A stretch of 64,000 bases of DNA from Candidatus Omnitrophota bacterium (GCA_044225175.1 JBGAJA010000007.1:13492-77491); one strand, 5' to 3'. Shown: positions 9,858 through 23,146, counted from the stretch's first letter. A program made the numbers and translations. The notes: generated by a model not told the origin, from the letters alone.

Positions 9858-10265
9858 ATGTCCGACACAGCCGTTAAAGAATTAGCCCCAAAATTAGAGG
9901 GGATTTACAAGGAAGTTACAGGTTTAACCGTCTTGGAGTTGGCCGAGTTGGTCAAAGCTATGGAAGATAGGTTAGGTATTCAAGCTGCTGCTCCAATGGC
10001 TGTTGCTGCCGTTGGTGCTGGTGGTGCTGCAGCTGCTCCTGCCGAAGAAAAAACATCATTTGATGTTATCTTGAAGGAAGTAGATCCTGCCAAGAAGATC
10101 GGTGTTATCAAAGAAGTTCGCGCGGTGACTAACTTAGGTTTAGCTGAAGCCAAAACATTGGTTGAATCAGCTCCTAAGACCATCAAAGAAGCTGTTCCCA
10201 AAGCCGAAGCTGAAGAACTTAAGAAGAAAATCGAAGCTGCTGGTGGTAAAGTAGAATTAAAATAA
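9858..10265 (+). CDS. rplL: 50S ribosomal protein L7/L12
   Basis: MSDTAVKEL...Ala-rich hinge...[25 protein letters not shown]. Confidence 0.95.
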   Translation: MSDTAVKELAPKLEGIYKEVTGLTVLELAELVKAMEDRLGIQAAAPMAVAAVGAGGAAAAPAEEKTSFDVILKEVDPAKKIGVIKEVRAVTNLGLAEAKTLVESAPKTIKEAVPKAEAEELKKKIEAAGGKVELK

Positions 10266-10293
10266 AACAGCTTTCACTTCATTAACCAAGAAT

Positions 10294-10322
10294 ACCAGGA
10301 AATGGACTCTTCATTTCCTGGT
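10294..10322 (+). terminator. rplL-rpoB intergenic hairpin (attenuator-type terminator)
   Basis: Perfect 11-bp stem accaggaaatg/catttcctggt with a 7-nt loop, followed by ttatctggttt. Confidence 0.5.
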
Positions 10323-10386
10323 TATCTGGTTTAAAGCGCCCGTCTATCTTTAGGGAAATGCTTAGACCATAAATCGGCGGAAAAAT

Positions 10387-13300
10387 ATGGACAAACTAAA
10401 AATCAAAGATTTTAGTAAATTCCTCGATAATTTTGAATTACCTAAATTGCTTGATATACAAACCATTTCTTATGAAGAATTTCTTCAAAGAGATATCCAT
10501 GCTGAAAAGCGTAAAGACCAAGGGTTGGAAGAAGTTTTTAGAGAAGTGTTCCCCTTAGAAAGTTATGACGCTCAAATTCGTTTGGAATATATTGGTTACA
10601 CAATAGGAAAAGAAAAATATTCACGCTTTGAATGTCAGCGACGAGGAATGACATATGCTGCGCCTTTAAAGGTAAAATTGCGTTTAATTTCACCAGTTGA
10701 TATTAAAGAGCAAGAAGTTTACTTTGGGGATTTTCCTTTAATGACTGAAACAGGAACTTTCATTATCAATGGTGATGAAAGAGTTGTTGTTTCTCAAATT
10801 CAACGTCCGCCAGGCGTTTCTTTTGAAGAAGAAACCCATCCCACTGGTAAGAGTATTTATCACGGTCGTATTATTCCTTCCCGCGGTGCTTGGTTTGAAA
10901 TTAAATATGATCTTAATGATGTTTTGATTGCATATGTTGATCGTCGTCGTAATTTTCCAGCGACACAAATTCTTCGAATCATGGGGCTTGCTAGCATCGA
11001 TGATATGAAAAAGTTGCTTGGAGATCAGGCGGATAAGTTAAAAAATACCTTAGAAAAAGATCATACAACAAATAAAGAAGAAGCATTGCTCGATTTCTAT
11101 CGTAAAATGCGTCCTACTGAACCTGCGACGGTAGAAGTGGCTGAAACGCTCTTTTTCCGTTTGTTTTTTGATCCAAAACGATATGATTTGAGTAAGGTTG
11201 GTCGTCACATTGTTAATCGTAAATTAAACACGAATGTATCTATGGATAATCGTGTTTTAGATATTGATACAGTTGCTTCCGTTATCAAATACCTTATGGG
11301 TCTTCGTGAAGGTATTGGTGAATGTGATGATATCGATCACTTGGGAAATCGTCGCATTAAATCTGTTGGTGAACTAGTCCAAAATCAAGTTCGTATTGGT
11401 TTGGCTCGTCTTGAAAGATCTATCAAAGAACGTTTAGTTGTTATGGGTTCTTTTGAAAATTTAACAGTTCACCATTTAATTAATTCTCGTTTATTTTCAA
11501 ATCAAATTCAAGATTTCTTCTCAAGAAGTCAATTGTCTCAATTTATGGATCAAGTCAATCCTCTTTCTGAAATGACCCATAAGAGACGTATGTCAGCTCT
11601 TGGACCTGGTGGTCTTTCTCGTGAACGTGCTGGTTTCGAAGTGCGTGACGTTCACCCAACTCACTATGGTCGTGTATGTCCAATTGAAACTCCTGAAGGT
11701 CCAAACATTGGTCTTATCGCTTCCTTAACAACATGTGCTCGTGTCAATGAGTTAGGTTTCATTGAGACACCATACCGTAAAGTTGTTGATGGTAAAGTCG
11801 GGAAGAAATATGAATTTTTGACTGCTGATGTTGATCAAAATAAATATATTGCCCAGGCTAACTCAACATTTGATGAGCAAGGTAATTTAACAGAAGCTTT
11901 AGTCGCTTGCCGATATAAGGGTGACTTCCCTCGTGTAAAACCTCAAAAGGTTGAATACATGGATGTTTCTCCCAAACAGTTGGTTTCTGTTGCAGCTGCT
12001 TTAATTCCTTTTCTTGAACACGACGATGCTAACCGTGCCTTGATGGGTTCTAACATGCAGCGTCAATCTGTGCCTTTAATGATTCCAGAGGTTCCTTTAG
12101 TTGGAACAGGTATGGAAGGTAAGGTTGCTCGTGATTCAGGCGTCATGGTCTTAGCTAAAGAAGCTGGAGTTGTAACTAAGGTTGATGGTCGCGAAATTAC
12201 AATCGGCAAAAACGTTTACACATTGAAGAATTTCCAACGCTCAAATGCGAATACCTGTGTTCACCAACGTCCTTTAGTTAAACTTGGACAAAAAGTTCAA
12301 GAAGGCGACGTTATTGCTGACGGTATTGGTACAAGTCATGGACGTTTGGCTTTAGGTCGAAATGTTTTGGTTGCCTTTATGCCATGGCGTGGTTATAACT
12401 TCGAAGATGCGATTTTGCTTAATGAAAAAATCGTCCGTGAAGATGTGTTTACCTCTATACACGTCGAACGCTTTGAATGTGAATGTCGTGAGACTCGTTT
12501 AGGTAATGAAGAAGTCACGCGTGATATTCCAAACGTTGGTGATGAAGCGCTTAAAGATTTAACTGAAGAAGGTATTATTCGTGTCGGAGCTGAAGTTAAG
12601 TCCGGCGATATCTTAGTCGGTAAGGTTACTCCTAAAAGTGAAAAAGAGCTTTCTCCTGAAGAACGCTTATTGCGTGCGATCTTTGGTGAAAAAGCCGCTG
12701 ATGTTCGTGATACTTCTTTAACTCTTTCACCTGGTATTGAGGGTGTTGTTGTTAATGTTGAAGTCTTCGCTCGTAATGAACGTGGACGTAAATCTAAACA
12801 AGATAAGGTTAAGGAAAATTCTGCAATTAACAAAATTAAAGAATATTACCGACAAGAAATCGAATTTATCAATGTTGAAAAAGATAATAAATTGAGCAAA
12901 ATCTTAGGTATTGATAAAAAGCGTGTTGGAAAATTAACTCTCGAAGATATCGATGAAGGTTCTGAAGCTCGTGAAGTTATGAGTTTCTATATGGATAAAA
13001 TAGCTCAATTGATGGAAGAAGAAGAGCGTGAGCTTGATTTAATTCGTCGTGGTGATGAGCTTCCAGCTGGTGTTTTGAAACGCGTGGTTGTATATGTTGC
13101 AACTAAGCGTAAGGTTTCAGTTGGAGATAAAATGGCGGGGCGACACGGAAATAAAGGTATTGTTTCTCGTATTCTTCCTGTAGAAGATATGCCTTTCTTG
13201 GAAGATGGCCGCTCAGTCGACATAGTTTTAAATCCATTAGGTGTTCCTTCTCGTATGAATGTTGGGCAACTATTGGAAACTCATCTTGGCTGGGCTGCAA

Positions 13301-13839
13301 AAATATTAGGATTTCATGCTGAAACACCCGTTTTTAATGGTGCTACCGAAGATGAAATTCGTAAAGATTTAAAATTAGCTGGCTTACCAGAAGATGGTAA
13401 GGCGGTTGTTTATGATGGTCATACAGGTGTTGCTTTTGAGCAAAAGGTAACCGTAGGTTACATTTATATGCTTAAACTTAATCACTTGGTTGATGAAAAG
13501 ATTCACGCTCGTTCTATTGGACCTTATTCGCTCGTCACCCAGCAGCCCTTAGGTGGTAAGGCTCACTTCGGTGGTCAGCGTTTTGGAGAAATGGAAGTTT
13601 GGGCTTTGGAAGCTTATGGTGCGGCCTATACACTGCAGGAAATGATGACCGTCAAATCTGACGACGTCAATGGTCGTAGCCGTATTTATGAAGCAATTGT
13701 CAAGGGTGAACAGGCTCTGTCTTCTGGAGTGCCTGAATCCTTTAACGTTCTTGTAAAAGAGTTGCAAGGACTTTGCCTGGATATTCGTATGGAGAAAGCT
13801 GAATCCGCACAATCCGAAAAGGAAGAGGCCAAACAATGA
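10387..13839 (+). CDS. rpoB: DNA-directed RNA polymerase subunit beta
   Basis: 1150 aa; conserved beta-subunit blocks ([21 protein letters not shown], etc.). Confidence 0.97.
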   Translation: MDKLKIKDFSKFLDNFELPKLLDIQTISYEEFLQRDIHAEKRKDQGLEEVFREVFPLESYDAQIRLEYIGYTIGKEKYSRFECQRRGMTYAAPLKVKLRLISPVDIKEQEVYFGDFPLMTETGTFIINGDERVVVSQIQRPPGVSFEEETHPTGKSIYHGRIIPSRGAWFEIKYDLNDVLIAYVDRRRNFPATQILRIMGLASIDDMKKLLGDQADKLKNTLEKDHTTNKEEALLDFYRKMRPTEPATVEVAETLFFRLFFDPKRYDLSKVGRHIVNRKLNTNVSMDNRVLDIDTVASVIKYLMGLREGIGECDDIDHLGNRRIKSVGELVQNQVRIGLARLERSIKERLVVMGSFENLTVHHLINSRLFSNQIQDFFSRSQLSQFMDQVNPLSEMTHKRRMSALGPGGLSRERAGFEVRDVHPTHYGRVCPIETPEGPNIGLIASLTTCARVNELGFIETPYRKVVDGKVGKKYEFLTADVDQNKYIAQANSTFDEQGNLTEALVACRYKGDFPRVKPQKVEYMDVSPKQLVSVAAALIPFLEHDDANRALMGSNMQRQSVPLMIPEVPLVGTGMEGKVARDSGVMVLAKEAGVVTKVDGREITIGKNVYTLKNFQRSNANTCVHQRPLVKLGQKVQEGDVIADGIGTSHGRLALGRNVLVAFMPWRGYNFEDAILLNEKIVREDVFTSIHVERFECECRETRLGNEEVTRDIPNVGDEALKDLTEEGIIRVGAEVKSGDILVGKVTPKSEKELSPEERLLRAIFGEKAADVRDTSLTLSPGIEGVVVNVEVFARNERGRKSKQDKVKENSAINKIKEYYRQEIEFINVEKDNKLSKILGIDKKRVGKLTLEDIDEGSEAREVMSFYMDKIAQLMEEEERELDLIRRGDELPAGVLKRVVVYVATKRKVSVGDKMAGRHGNKGIVSRILPVEDMPFLEDGRSVDIVLNPLGVPSRMNVGQLLETHLGWAAKILGFHAETPVFNGATEDEIRKDLKLAGLPEDGKAVVYDGHTGVAFEQKVTVGYIYMLKLNHLVDEKIHARSIGPYSLVTQQPLGGKAHFGGQRFGEMEVWALEAYGAAYTLQEMMTVKSDDVNGRSRIYEAIVKGEQALSSGVPESFNVLVKELQGLCLDIRMEKAESAQSEKEEAKQ

Positions 13840-16800
13840 CAACAAAAATTGATATCACAAAACAAGATCGTATCACAATTAGAATAGCTTCTCCTGAAAT
13901 TATTTCTTCTTGGTCAACAGGTGCTGTTAGAAAAGCTGAAACGCTTAACTATCGTACGTTGAAACCTGAGAAGGATGGTCTTTTCTGTGAGAAGATCTTT
14001 GGACCTATCCGCGATTGGGAATGTAATTGCGGAAAGTATAAAGGTATTAAATTTAAGGGCATCACTTGTGATCGTTGTGGTGTTTTAGTTACCCGTTCTT
14101 CCGTCAGACGTGAACGTATGGGGCATATTGATTTGGCTTGTCCTGTAACTCATATCTGGTTCTACAAAGCGGTGCCTTCGCGTTTAGCTGCGCTTTTACA
14201 AGTTGGCTTGCGTGATCTAGAAAAATTAATCTACTACGAAGAATATGTCATCATTGATCCAGGTACTTCACCTTTGAAAAAGAAGCAATTCCTTTCTGAA
14301 GATGAGTATCAAGAAGCAATGGTCAAGCATGGTGGATCTTTCAAAGCCAGAATTGGTGCTGAAGCTGTTCGTGATTTATTGAAAGAAATTGATTTGACTG
14401 TTCTCACTAAAAAGTTACGTAAGGATCTAGCTGATGCTAATCCAACCGGAACTAATTTCAAAAAATATGCAAAGACATTAAAAATCGTGGAAGATTTCAA
14501 AGCTTCCGGAAACAAGGCTGAGTGGATGGTTTTGGAAGTTTTGCCCGTTATCCCACCAGATCTTCGTCCTTTAGTTCCTCTAGAAGGTGGACGTTTTGCA
14601 ACATCTGACTTAAACGATTTATACCGACGTGTTATTAACCGTAATAACCGTTTAAAGAAGCTTATCGATTTAAACGCTCCAGAAATCATTATTCGTAATG
14701 AAAAGCGTATGCTCCAAGAATCTGTAGATGCGCTTTTAGATAATGGTCGTCATGGTCGTCCAGTGTTAGGGAGTGGAAATCGGCCTTTGAAATCTCTTTC
14801 AGATATGTTGAAGGGTAAACAAGGGCGTTTCCGTATGAACCTTCTTGGTAAACGTGTCGATTATTCTGGTCGTTCTGTTATCGTTGTCGGTCCAGAGCTT
14901 CAATTGCATCAATGCGGTTTGCCTAAGAAAATGGCTCTGGAACTCTTTGAGCCATTTATCATTCGTAAATTGCGTGAAAAAGGTTTTGTGCATACAATCA
15001 AGGGCGCTAAACGTATGGTTGAGCGTGCTAAGATTGAAGTTTGGGATATCTTAGATGAAGTTATCCAAGATCACCCTGTTATGCTTAATCGTGCACCAAC
15101 GCTACATAGACTTTCTATTCAAGCATTCCAACCAGTTTTAATTGAAGGTAAGGCAATCAAATTGCATCCTCTAGTTTGTACGGCTTTCAACGCTGACTTC
15201 GATGGGGATCAAATGGCTGTGCATATTCCACTTTCTTTGGAAGCACAAATCGAATGCCGGCTTCAATTGTTATCAGTAAATAACTTATTCTCACCTGCTG
15301 ATGGTCGTCCTGTAATGTCTCCAACACAGGATATAGTTCTTGGATTGTATTATTTGACCAAGGAGCGTCCAGGGGCTGAAGGTGAAGGGCATTTATTTGG
15401 CAGCCTTAATGAAGTTAAAATTGCTTATTATGATGGTTATTTAAATCTGCATGCACGCATCAAGCTTCGTTTAGATGCCATGGTGTGGGGTCAAGAAAAA
15501 CCATCATTAATTATTAATCCTAATGCAAAGGGAAAGGCAACTGGAGAAGAGAGTAAGCCAAGTACAAGTCATATCATTGAAACAACTGTTGGCAGAGTTT
15601 TCTTTAACGACATCCTTCCTGAAAATTATGGTTATGTGAATGATTTGTTAGATAAAAAACGTATTGGTGCTGTCATTGCTGATTGTTATAAACGCTTTGG
15701 TCAAAATCGTACTGTTAAGTTGTTGGATGATGCTAAACAGTTAGGATTTGCTAAATCAACAGAAGCTGGTATTTCAATTGCCATGTCTGATTTAACTATC
15801 CCTGAAGACAAACCAAAGATTATTACTGCTGCTAAGCAAGAAGTTGCTAAGGTTGATGATCAATATCGCAAAGGTATTATTACTGGGCGTGAGCGTTACA
15901 ATAAAGTTATTGACGTTTGGACCCATACCACTGAAACGCTTTCAGACATGGTGTTCAAGAAGATGGATCCATTTAACCCTGTGTATATCATGGCTGATTC
16001 TGGTGCTCGTGGTTCTAAGTTACAGATTCGTCAGCTTTCTGGTATGCGTGGACTTATGGCTAAGCCTTCTGGTGAAATTATTGAGAACCCCATCACAGCT
16101 TCTTTCCGAGAAGGTCTAACCGTTTTGGAATACTTTATTTCTACTCACGGTGCTCGTAAGGGGTTGGCTGATACTGCTCTTAAAACTGCCGACGCAGGGT
16201 ATTTAACCCGTCGTTTAGTAGACGTTGCTCAAGAAGTTGTTATCTCTGAGCCTGATTGCGGAACGGTTAATGGTATTACTGTTGCTGCAATTACTGAAGG
16301 TGATGAGGTTGTTGTTTCGCTAAAAGAAAGAATAGTGGGACGTGTTGCTCTTGATAATATCGTTGACATTGTCACGGATACTCAAGTTGTTGGTGCTGCA
16401 GAAGTTATTACTGAAGAAAAAGCAGATATGATCGAACAATTAGGAATCGAAAAAGTTCGTATCCGCTCAGTTTTAACTTGTGAGGCTGATACAGGGTTAT
16501 GTGTTAAATGTTATGGTCGTAATTTAGCAACTCATCGATTGGTTGAAATCGGGGAAGCTGTAGGAACAATCGCTGCTCAAAGTATTGGTGAGCCTGGAAC
16601 ACAGTTAACCATGAGAACCTTCCACATCGGAGGAACTGCTTCTCGTACAATTGAACAATCCTTTATTAAAGTTAAACAAGACGGTGTGGTGAAATATCAT
16701 CAACTTCGTGTTGTTCAGCGCGGTAAGGAATTTATTGTTTTGAATCGTAATGGAGCTGTGAGTATTAACAATGAATATGGACGTGAATTTGAACGTCACA

Positions 16801-17939
16801 TTCTTCCTCAAGGTTCTGCGTTAGCATATTCTGATGGACAGGCCATTAGCAAAGGGGATGTTGTTGCTACATGGGATCCTTATACAATTCCTATTATCAC
16901 TGAAGCAAAAGGTAAGGTTTCGTTTGAAGATCTTATCGAAGAATCTACTTTCCAACGTGAAGAAAATCCTGTTACAGGGATTGTTGAACGCGTTGTTGTA
17001 GAACATAAGCAAGAATTTCATCCTCAGATCATCATTAATGATGATCAGGGAGAAGTTGTAGGGATCTATTCAATTCCTGTAGGCGCGCACATCTTAGTTA
17101 ACGATAAGAGTGGAGTAAACGCAGGGGAGTTGATTGCTAAAATTCCTCGTGGTGCAAGTAAAACGCGCGATATCACAGGGGGGCTTCCTCGAGTTGCTGA
17201 ATTATTCGAAGCTCGTCGTCCAAAGGATCCAGCTGTTATTTCTGAAATCGACGGGATCGTTGAATTCGGTGAAGACAAAAAGGGTCTTCGTACGATTGTG
17301 GTGAAAAGTTCTACAGGTATGACTAAGGAATACACAATACCTCATGGTAAGCACCCTAACGTTTATAAAAATGATCATGTCTTCGCTGGTCTTCAGTTAA
17401 CTGACGGACCAGTTGTTCCTCATGATATTCTTCGTGTTAGTGGGGATAAGGCGTTGCAAGAATATTTGTTAAATGAAGTTCAAGAAGTTTATCGTCTTCA
17501 GGGTGTTCGTATTAACGATAAACATATTGAAATTATTATTTCACAAATGTTGAAAAAAGTTCGTATTGATGATTCTGGTGACACCGAATTTTTAATTGGT
17601 GATCAAGTTGATCGTATAGTATTTAAAAAAGCAAACGAAAATGTTCTTAAAAAGAAAGGGAAACCAGCGCAAGCAACGCCGTTATTGCTTGGTATTACAA
17701 AGGTTTCTCTGACGACAGAAAGCTTTATTTCTGCTGCGAGTTTCCAAGAAACAACAAGAGTCTTGACAGAAGCAGCAGCATCTGGTAAAGTCGACCTCCT
17801 TCGTGGGTTGAAAGAGAACGTTATTGTGGGTCATTTAATTCCGGCGGGGACTGGAATTAGCGAATATAACAAAATTGAAATGGTGAAATATGCCGACGAT
17901 ATCACAGTTAATCAGACACCGCAGACAGCTGAAAATTAA
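13836..17939 (+). CDS. rpoC: DNA-directed RNA polymerase subunit beta'
   Basis: 1367 aa; zinc-binding CNCGKYK...[17 protein letters not shown] catalytic motif. Confidence 0.97.
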   Translation: MTTKIDITKQDRITIRIASPEIISSWSTGAVRKAETLNYRTLKPEKDGLFCEKIFGPIRDWECNCGKYKGIKFKGITCDRCGVLVTRSSVRRERMGHIDLACPVTHIWFYKAVPSRLAALLQVGLRDLEKLIYYEEYVIIDPGTSPLKKKQFLSEDEYQEAMVKHGGSFKARIGAEAVRDLLKEIDLTVLTKKLRKDLADANPTGTNFKKYAKTLKIVEDFKASGNKAEWMVLEVLPVIPPDLRPLVPLEGGRFATSDLNDLYRRVINRNNRLKKLIDLNAPEIIIRNEKRMLQESVDALLDNGRHGRPVLGSGNRPLKSLSDMLKGKQGRFRMNLLGKRVDYSGRSVIVVGPELQLHQCGLPKKMALELFEPFIIRKLREKGFVHTIKGAKRMVERAKIEVWDILDEVIQDHPVMLNRAPTLHRLSIQAFQPVLIEGKAIKLHPLVCTAFNADFDGDQMAVHIPLSLEAQIECRLQLLSVNNLFSPADGRPVMSPTQDIVLGLYYLTKERPGAEGEGHLFGSLNEVKIAYYDGYLNLHARIKLRLDAMVWGQEKPSLIINPNAKGKATGEESKPSTSHIIETTVGRVFFNDILPENYGYVNDLLDKKRIGAVIADCYKRFGQNRTVKLLDDAKQLGFAKSTEAGISIAMSDLTIPEDKPKIITAAKQEVAKVDDQYRKGIITGRERYNKVIDVWTHTTETLSDMVFKKMDPFNPVYIMADSGARGSKLQIRQLSGMRGLMAKPSGEIIENPITASFREGLTVLEYFISTHGARKGLADTALKTADAGYLTRRLVDVAQEVVISEPDCGTVNGITVAAITEGDEVVVSLKERIVGRVALDNIVDIVTDTQVVGAAEVITEEKADMIEQLGIEKVRIRSVLTCEADTGLCVKCYGRNLATHRLVEIGEAVGTIAAQSIGEPGTQLTMRTFHIGGTASRTIEQSFIKVKQDGVVKYHQLRVVQRGKEFIVLNRNGAVSINNEYGREFERHILPQGSALAYSDGQAISKGDVVATWDPYTIPIITEAKGKVSFEDLIEESTFQREENPVTGIVERVVVEHKQEFHPQIIINDDQGEVVGIYSIPVGAHILVNDKSGVNAGELIAKIPRGASKTRDITGGLPRVAELFEARRPKDPAVISEIDGIVEFGEDKKGLRTIVVKSSTGMTKEYTIPHGKHPNVYKNDHVFAGLQLTDGPVVPHDILRVSGDKALQEYLLNEVQEVYRLQGVRINDKHIEIIISQMLKKVRIDDSGDTEFLIGDQVDRIVFKKANENVLKKKGKPAQATPLLLGITKVSLTTESFISAASFQETTRVLTEAAASGKVDLLRGLKENVIVGHLIPAGTGISEYNKIEMVKYADDITVNQTPQTAEN

Positions 17940-18267
17940 GCGCAGCAAATCTCCTGCCTTGACCAGTTGTCCACAACGACGTGGTGTTTGTTTGCAGGTT
18001 AAAACAATGACGCCAAAGAAGCCGAATTCGGCGTTACGTAAAATTGCTCGGGTACGTCTATCTAATAAAATTGAAGTTACATCGTATATTCCTGGAGAAG
18101 GTCATAATTTACAGGAGCACTCAATTGTATTAGTTCGTGGTGGACGTGTTAAAGATTTGCCAGGTGTGCGTTATCACATTGTACGTGGTACACTTGATAC
18201 TTCAGGCGTTGCTAATCGTAATAAAAGCCGTTCCAAATATGGAACAAAGAAACCTAAAGGTAAATAA
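17890..18267 (+). CDS. rpsL: 30S ribosomal protein S12 (overlaps the 3' end of rpoC by 50 nt)
   Basis: [12 protein letters not shown]...[10 protein letters not shown]...; the conserved N-terminus begins at the ATG at 17890. Confidence 0.9.
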   Translation: MPTISQLIRHRRQLKIKRSKSPALTSCPQRRGVCLQVKTMTPKKPNSALRKIARVRLSNKIEVTSYIPGEGHNLQEHSIVLVRGGRVKDLPGVRYHIVRGTLDTSGVANRNKSRSKYGTKKPKGK

Positions 18268-18271
18268 GTAA

Positions 18272-18742
18272 ATGAGAAGACATCGTGCAGAAAAAAGAAA
18301 AGTTCCTGGAGATCCTAAATACAACAGTGATTTGGTGACTCGTATGGTTTCAATCATTATGACCGAAGGTAAAAAAACAATCGCTGAGCGAATTGTTTAT
18401 AACGCTTTAGACATTTTGAAAGAGAAAACTCAAGAAGAAACTGCAATTAAAGCTTTAAATAAAGCTATTGATAATGTTCGTCCACGCCTGGAAGTTAAAG
18501 CTCGTCGTGTTGGTGGTGCAACATATCAAGTGCCAACAGATGTGGTTCCGGCTCGTGGAATGGCTTTAGCAATGCGCTGGATTCGTGATTATGCTCGTAA
18601 TAAAAAAGGTAAACCAATGGACGTTAAATTAGCTGAAGAATTAGTCTCGGCTTATAAATCTGAAGGTCCAGCAATTAAAAAACGTGATGAAGTTCATAAG
18701 ATGGCTGAGGCCAACAGAGCTTTTAGTCACTTGAGATGGTAA
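18272..18742 (+). CDS. rpsG: 30S ribosomal protein S7
   Basis: MRRHRAEKRKV...; conserved str-operon position. Confidence 0.95.
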   Translation: MRRHRAEKRKVPGDPKYNSDLVTRMVSIIMTEGKKTIAERIVYNALDILKEKTQEETAIKALNKAIDNVRPRLEVKARRVGGATYQVPTDVVPARGMALAMRWIRDYARNKKGKPMDVKLAEELVSAYKSEGPAIKKRDEVHKMAEANRAFSHLRW

Positions 18743-18748
18743 AATAAT

Positions 18749-20851
18749 ATGGCCTCCAATACAATTCCCCTCAATAAGTTTCGTAATTTCGGTATCATCG
18801 CTCACATCGATGCTGGTAAAACTACAACCACTGAGCGTATTCTTTATTATTCTGGCGCTATCCATCGCATGGGTAATATTGATGATGGAAATACCACCAT
18901 GGATACCATGGCTCAGGAGCAGGAACGAGGTATTACCATTACTGCAGCTGCTATTACTACTTTCTGGCGTGATCACCGTTTAAATATTATCGATACTCCT
19001 GGACACGTTGATTTTACAATTGAAGTTGAGCGTTCTTTAAAAGTTCTTGATGGTTGCGTTATCGTTTTGTGCGGATGTTCTGGTGTCCAGCCACAAACAG
19101 AAACAGTATATCGCCAAGCAGATAAATACGCCGTACCTCGTATTTGCTTTATTAACAAAATCGATCGTTTGGGTGCTGATTTTGATCGTGTACTTGGTGA
19201 AATGCGTGAACGCTTTGGTGCGAATGCAGCTGGTATTGAATTTCCTGACGGAACAGAAGATAAATTTAAAGGTATTATTGATATTATTAATGAAGAATAT
19301 ATTCAATACACTGATAAAGATGGTATGGAATTTGATCGCCTGCCTTTGCCTGAAGAATTTAAAGAAAGAACTGCAAAATATAAACTTGAATTAATTGAAA
19401 GATTAGCTGATGTTGATGATGAAATGGCTGACTTGTTCTTAAATGGTAAGGAACCAACCAAAGACCAATTAATGAAAGCTATTCGTCGTACTGTTATTGC
19501 ATGTAAATTTATTCCTGTATTAGTTGGAACAGCTCTTAGAAATAGAGGAGTCCAGATGGTTTTGGACGCAATCGTAGATTACTTACCAAGTCCTATTGAA
19601 AAATCTGCGATGAAGGGGCATGATCCTGATGATAAAGAAAAAGTGATTGAATTAAAATCAGATTCTAATCTACCTCCTGTAGGACTTGTATTTAAAATAG
19701 CCTCCGACCCTTATGTAGGAAAGATTTTTTTCACACGTGTTTATCAAGGCACCTTTGTTCCTGGTCAAAATTATTTAAATTCTTCTAATGGAAAACAAGA
19801 AAAAATTGCCAAAATTGTTTTGATGCACTCTAACAAGCAAGAAATTATTTCTTCTGCATCAGCAGGAGAGATTGTTGCTTTGGTAGGTTTAAAAGAATCT
19901 AAATCTGGTGATACGCTATGCGCCGAAAATACACCTATTTTATTGGAAGGTTTAAAACCACCTGAAGCTGTCGTGTCTTTGGCTATTGAGCCAAAAACGA
20001 AAGCTGATCAAGATAAAATGGGTATGGTCTTGCGTAAGTTCTTAGATGAAGATCCTTCATTGCGCGTAAAATTTGATACAGAAACATCACAAACAATTAT
20101 TTCTGGAATGGGTGAATTGCATTTGGAAATTATTGTTGATCGTATGAAGCGTGAAAATAATTTGGATGCAAATGTTGGTCGCCCTGAAGTTGCGTACAAA
20201 GAAGCGATCACTAAAAAGGTCGATGATATCGTTGGAAAATATGTTCAACAAAGCGGTGGTCGTGGAAAATATGGTCATTGCGTTATTAATGTTGAACCTG
20301 GCGAACCTGGAACTGGCTTTGTCTTCGTCGACAAAATTAGAGGGGGAGCAATCCCACGCGAATTTATCAAGCCTATAAAAGAAGGTATTGAAATTGGCGC
20401 ACAAAATGGTATACTTGCGGGCTATCCAGTTACAGATTTCACTGTAACCTTGATAGATGGTTCGTATCACGATGTTGACTCTGATGAAATGTCATTCAAA
20501 TTGGCAGGAAAGCAAGCAATTAAAGAAGCTTTTCGTAAGGCGAATACAGTATTTCAAGAACCAATTATGAAGTTAGAAATTACGGTCCCAGAAGATTATT
20601 GGGGAAATGTCATTGGAGATTTAATGACACGTCGTGCTCAGATTAAAGAAACAGGCAATCGGGGTGCTTTAAAGACAGCAATTGCAAATGTTCCTTTATC
20701 AGAAATGTTTGGCTACGCGAATGCGCTGCGGTCTCTCACGCAGGGACGCGCATCATTCTCAATGGAACCTTCGTTTTACGCTCAGGTTCCTAATCAACTC
20801 GCTGAAAAGATCATAGGCGCTCGTCAAGAGTTCGCCGCAAGAAACAACTAA
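18749..20851 (+). CDS. fusA: Elongation factor G
   Basis: 700 aa; G-domain AHIDAGKTT, DTPGHVDF, NKIDR. Confidence 0.97.
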   Translation: MASNTIPLNKFRNFGIIAHIDAGKTTTTERILYYSGAIHRMGNIDDGNTTMDTMAQEQERGITITAAAITTFWRDHRLNIIDTPGHVDFTIEVERSLKVLDGCVIVLCGCSGVQPQTETVYRQADKYAVPRICFINKIDRLGADFDRVLGEMRERFGANAAGIEFPDGTEDKFKGIIDIINEEYIQYTDKDGMEFDRLPLPEEFKERTAKYKLELIERLADVDDEMADLFLNGKEPTKDQLMKAIRRTVIACKFIPVLVGTALRNRGVQMVLDAIVDYLPSPIEKSAMKGHDPDDKEKVIELKSDSNLPPVGLVFKIASDPYVGKIFFTRVYQGTFVPGQNYLNSSNGKQEKIAKIVLMHSNKQEIISSASAGEIVALVGLKESKSGDTLCAENTPILLEGLKPPEAVVSLAIEPKTKADQDKMGMVLRKFLDEDPSLRVKFDTETSQTIISGMGELHLEIIVDRMKRENNLDANVGRPEVAYKEAITKKVDDIVGKYVQQSGGRGKYGHCVINVEPGEPGTGFVFVDKIRGGAIPREFIKPIKEGIEIGAQNGILAGYPVTDFTVTLIDGSYHDVDSDEMSFKLAGKQAIKEAFRKANTVFQEPIMKLEITVPEDYWGNVIGDLMTRRAQIKETGNRGALKTAIANVPLSEMFGYANALRSLTQGRASFSMEPSFYAQVPNQLAEKIIGARQEFAARNN

Positions 20852-20903
20852 AATATCTGATATTAAAATATAAAAGATAACAAAATACTCAGGAGGATTA
20901 GCA

Positions 20904-22100
20904 ATGGCAAAAGAAAAATTTGAACGTAATAAACCTCATATTAACATCGGAACCATTGGTCACGTTGATCATGGTAAGACAACATTGTCCGCTGCTATCG
21001 CAACTGTTTTAAGTAAAAAAGGTTTAGCTCAAGCTCGCGCATATGATTCTATTGATAATGCTCCTGAAGAAAAAGAGCGTGGTGTTACAATTAATATTTC
21101 ACATTTGGAATATGAAACAGAAGGTCGCCATTATGCTCACATTGACTGTCCAGGGCATGCTGACTATATCAAAAATATGATTACTGGTGCTGCTCAAATG
21201 GATGGAGCAATTCTCGTCGTATCCGCAACTGATGGTCCAATGCCACAAACACGTGAACATATTCTTTTAGCTCGTCAAGTTAACGTTCCTCGTATTGTTG
21301 TCTTCATGAACAAATGCGATCAAGTCGAAGATAAAGAATTGTTGGATCTTGTTGAACTAGAGGTTCGCGACTTATTAACAAAGTATAAATTTGATGGTGA
21401 CAACACACCAATTATCCGCGGCTCCGCATTAGAAGCTCTAAACAATCCTACTGATTTTGAAGGTAAAGCTAAACCAATCCTTGATTTAATGAAAGCTGTT
21501 GATGATTATATTCCAGCTCCTTTACGTGAGCTTGATAAACCTTTCATCATGGCTGTCGAAGACGTTTTCACCATCTCTGGTCGTGGAACAGTTGCCACCG
21601 GACGTGTTGAACGTGGACGTGTCAAAGTTGGCGAAGAAGTTGAATTAATTGGTTTGCGTCCAGACATTAAAAACGTTGTTGTAACTGGCGTTGAAATGTT
21701 CCGTAAGGAATTGGATGAAGGTCAAGCAGGTGATAATCTTGGTTTATTACTTCGTGGTGTTACAAAAGAAGATGTAGAACGGGGTCAAGTTTTAGCTGCT
21801 AAAGGCTGTATTAAACCACATACAAAATTCAAGGCATCTGTTTATATTTTAACTAAAGAAGAAGGCGGTAGACATACCCCATTCTTTAAAGGATACCGTC
21901 CTCAGTTTTATTTCAGAACAACTGACGTTACTGGAACAGCAGAGTTGCCAGCTGGTGTAGAAATGTGTATGCCAGGGGATAATGTTGTTTTAGAAATTGA
22001 ATTAATTGCACCTGTTGCTATGGATAAAGAATTACGTTTTGCTATCCGTGAAGGTGGACGCACCGTTGGTGCCGGCGTTATTTCGGAGATCATCAAGTAA
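20904..22100 (+). CDS. tuf: Elongation factor Tu
   Basis: [22 protein letters not shown]. Confidence 0.98.
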   Translation: MAKEKFERNKPHINIGTIGHVDHGKTTLSAAIATVLSKKGLAQARAYDSIDNAPEEKERGVTINISHLEYETEGRHYAHIDCPGHADYIKNMITGAAQMDGAILVVSATDGPMPQTREHILLARQVNVPRIVVFMNKCDQVEDKELLDLVELEVRDLLTKYKFDGDNTPIIRGSALEALNNPTDFEGKAKPILDLMKAVDDYIPAPLRELDKPFIMAVEDVFTISGRGTVATGRVERGRVKVGEEVELIGLRPDIKNVVVTGVEMFRKELDEGQAGDNLGLLLRGVTKEDVERGQVLAAKGCIKPHTKFKASVYILTKEEGGRHTPFFKGYRPQFYFRTTDVTGTAELPAGVEMCMPGDNVVLEIELIAPVAMDKELRFAIREGGRTVGAGVISEIIK

Positions 22101-22402
22101 TGCAAAAAATACGCATAAAACTCAAAGCATTTGATCATCGTTTGATTGATCAATCAACACAAGAAATTGTTGATACAGCAATTCGTACTGGTGCGCAAGT
22201 TTTGGGACCCGTGCCTTTGCCAACGAAGAAAGAATTGTTTACTGTTCTTCGTTCACCGGTCATCGATAAGAAAAGCCGCGAACAATTTCAGTTAGCCACA
22301 CATAAACGTTTAATAGATTTAGTTAATCCCACATCTAAAACAGTTGAAGCTTTACGTAAGTTAAACTTACCTGCTGGTGTTGATGTTGAGATCAAACAGT
22401 AA
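22100..22402 (+). CDS. rpsJ: 30S ribosomal protein S10
   Basis: [17 protein letters not shown]...; TAATG overlap with tuf. Confidence 0.95.
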   Translation: MQKIRIKLKAFDHRLIDQSTQEIVDTAIRTGAQVLGPVPLPTKKELFTVLRSPVIDKKSREQFQLATHKRLIDLVNPTSKTVEALRKLNLPAGVDVEIKQ

Positions 22403-22417
22403 TTTAAGGAGCTTGTC

Positions 22418-23131
22418 GTGATTAGAGGTTTAATGGGCAAAAAAGTGGGGATGACCCAGATTTTCGATCAAGAAGGTAACATTACTCCTGTTACAGTTGT
22501 CGAAGCTGGTCCATGTACTATCTTAGGGTTGAAAGAAAATCCTAATAAAGTAGTATTAGGATATCAACCTGTTAAAGAAGCTAAACTGAATAAGCCACAA
22601 GCAGGTTTTTTCAAGAAGAATGGAATGACGCCTTTAAAACGCATTCGTGAATTTTCTAGCACAGACAATAAAGATTATAAGGTCGGTCAGGAAATTAAAG
22701 CCGATTTCTTTCAAGCTGGTGATTTCGTTGACGTGACAGGTACTTCTATTGGTAAAGGTTTCCAAGGTGGTATGGTTCGTTGGAATTGGAGCGGTGGTCC
22801 AGCAGCTCATGGTTCCATGCATCATCGTCGCATTGGTTCTAATGCTCCTTCGTCAGATCCTTCACGTACTTATAAGGGCAAGCATATGCCTGGTCATATG
22901 GGGATGGATCAAGTAACTGTTCAAGGTTTACGTGTCATGAAAGTGGAAGCCGATCAGAATATTATTTTGGTAAAAGGTGCAGTTCCTGGATCTAAAAATG
23001 GTTTTATCATTATTAGTAAATCAAGAAAGAAAGCTTTTCGTTCATTGGATGATAAGCGAGAAAATATTGTGGTTAATCGTAACCCAATGAAACAAAGTAA
23101 AGCTGCTGCTGGTAAAACAGCTAAAAAGTAA
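22418..23131 (+). CDS. rplC: 50S ribosomal protein L3 (GTG start)
   Basis: MIRGLMGKKVGMTQIFD... Confidence 0.93.
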   Translation: MIRGLMGKKVGMTQIFDQEGNITPVTVVEAGPCTILGLKENPNKVVLGYQPVKEAKLNKPQAGFFKKNGMTPLKRIREFSSTDNKDYKVGQEIKADFFQAGDFVDVTGTSIGKGFQGGMVRWNWSGGPAAHGSMHHRRIGSNAPSSDPSRTYKGKHMPGHMGMDQVTVQGLRVMKVEADQNIILVKGAVPGSKNGFIIISKSRKKAFRSLDDKRENIVVNRNPMKQSKAAAGKTAKK

Positions 23132-23146
23132 TATTAGGATAAGTCT

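Noticed and set aside
12393-12833. 146-aa ORF on the minus strand inside rpoB, plus similar antisense ORFs at 10738..10968, 13005..13327, 14309..14689 and 16605..17335
   Set aside because: They lie entirely antisense to highly conserved rpoB/rpoC coding sequence. Their low-complexity S/T/R-rich translations are typical of frame-shadow ORFs.
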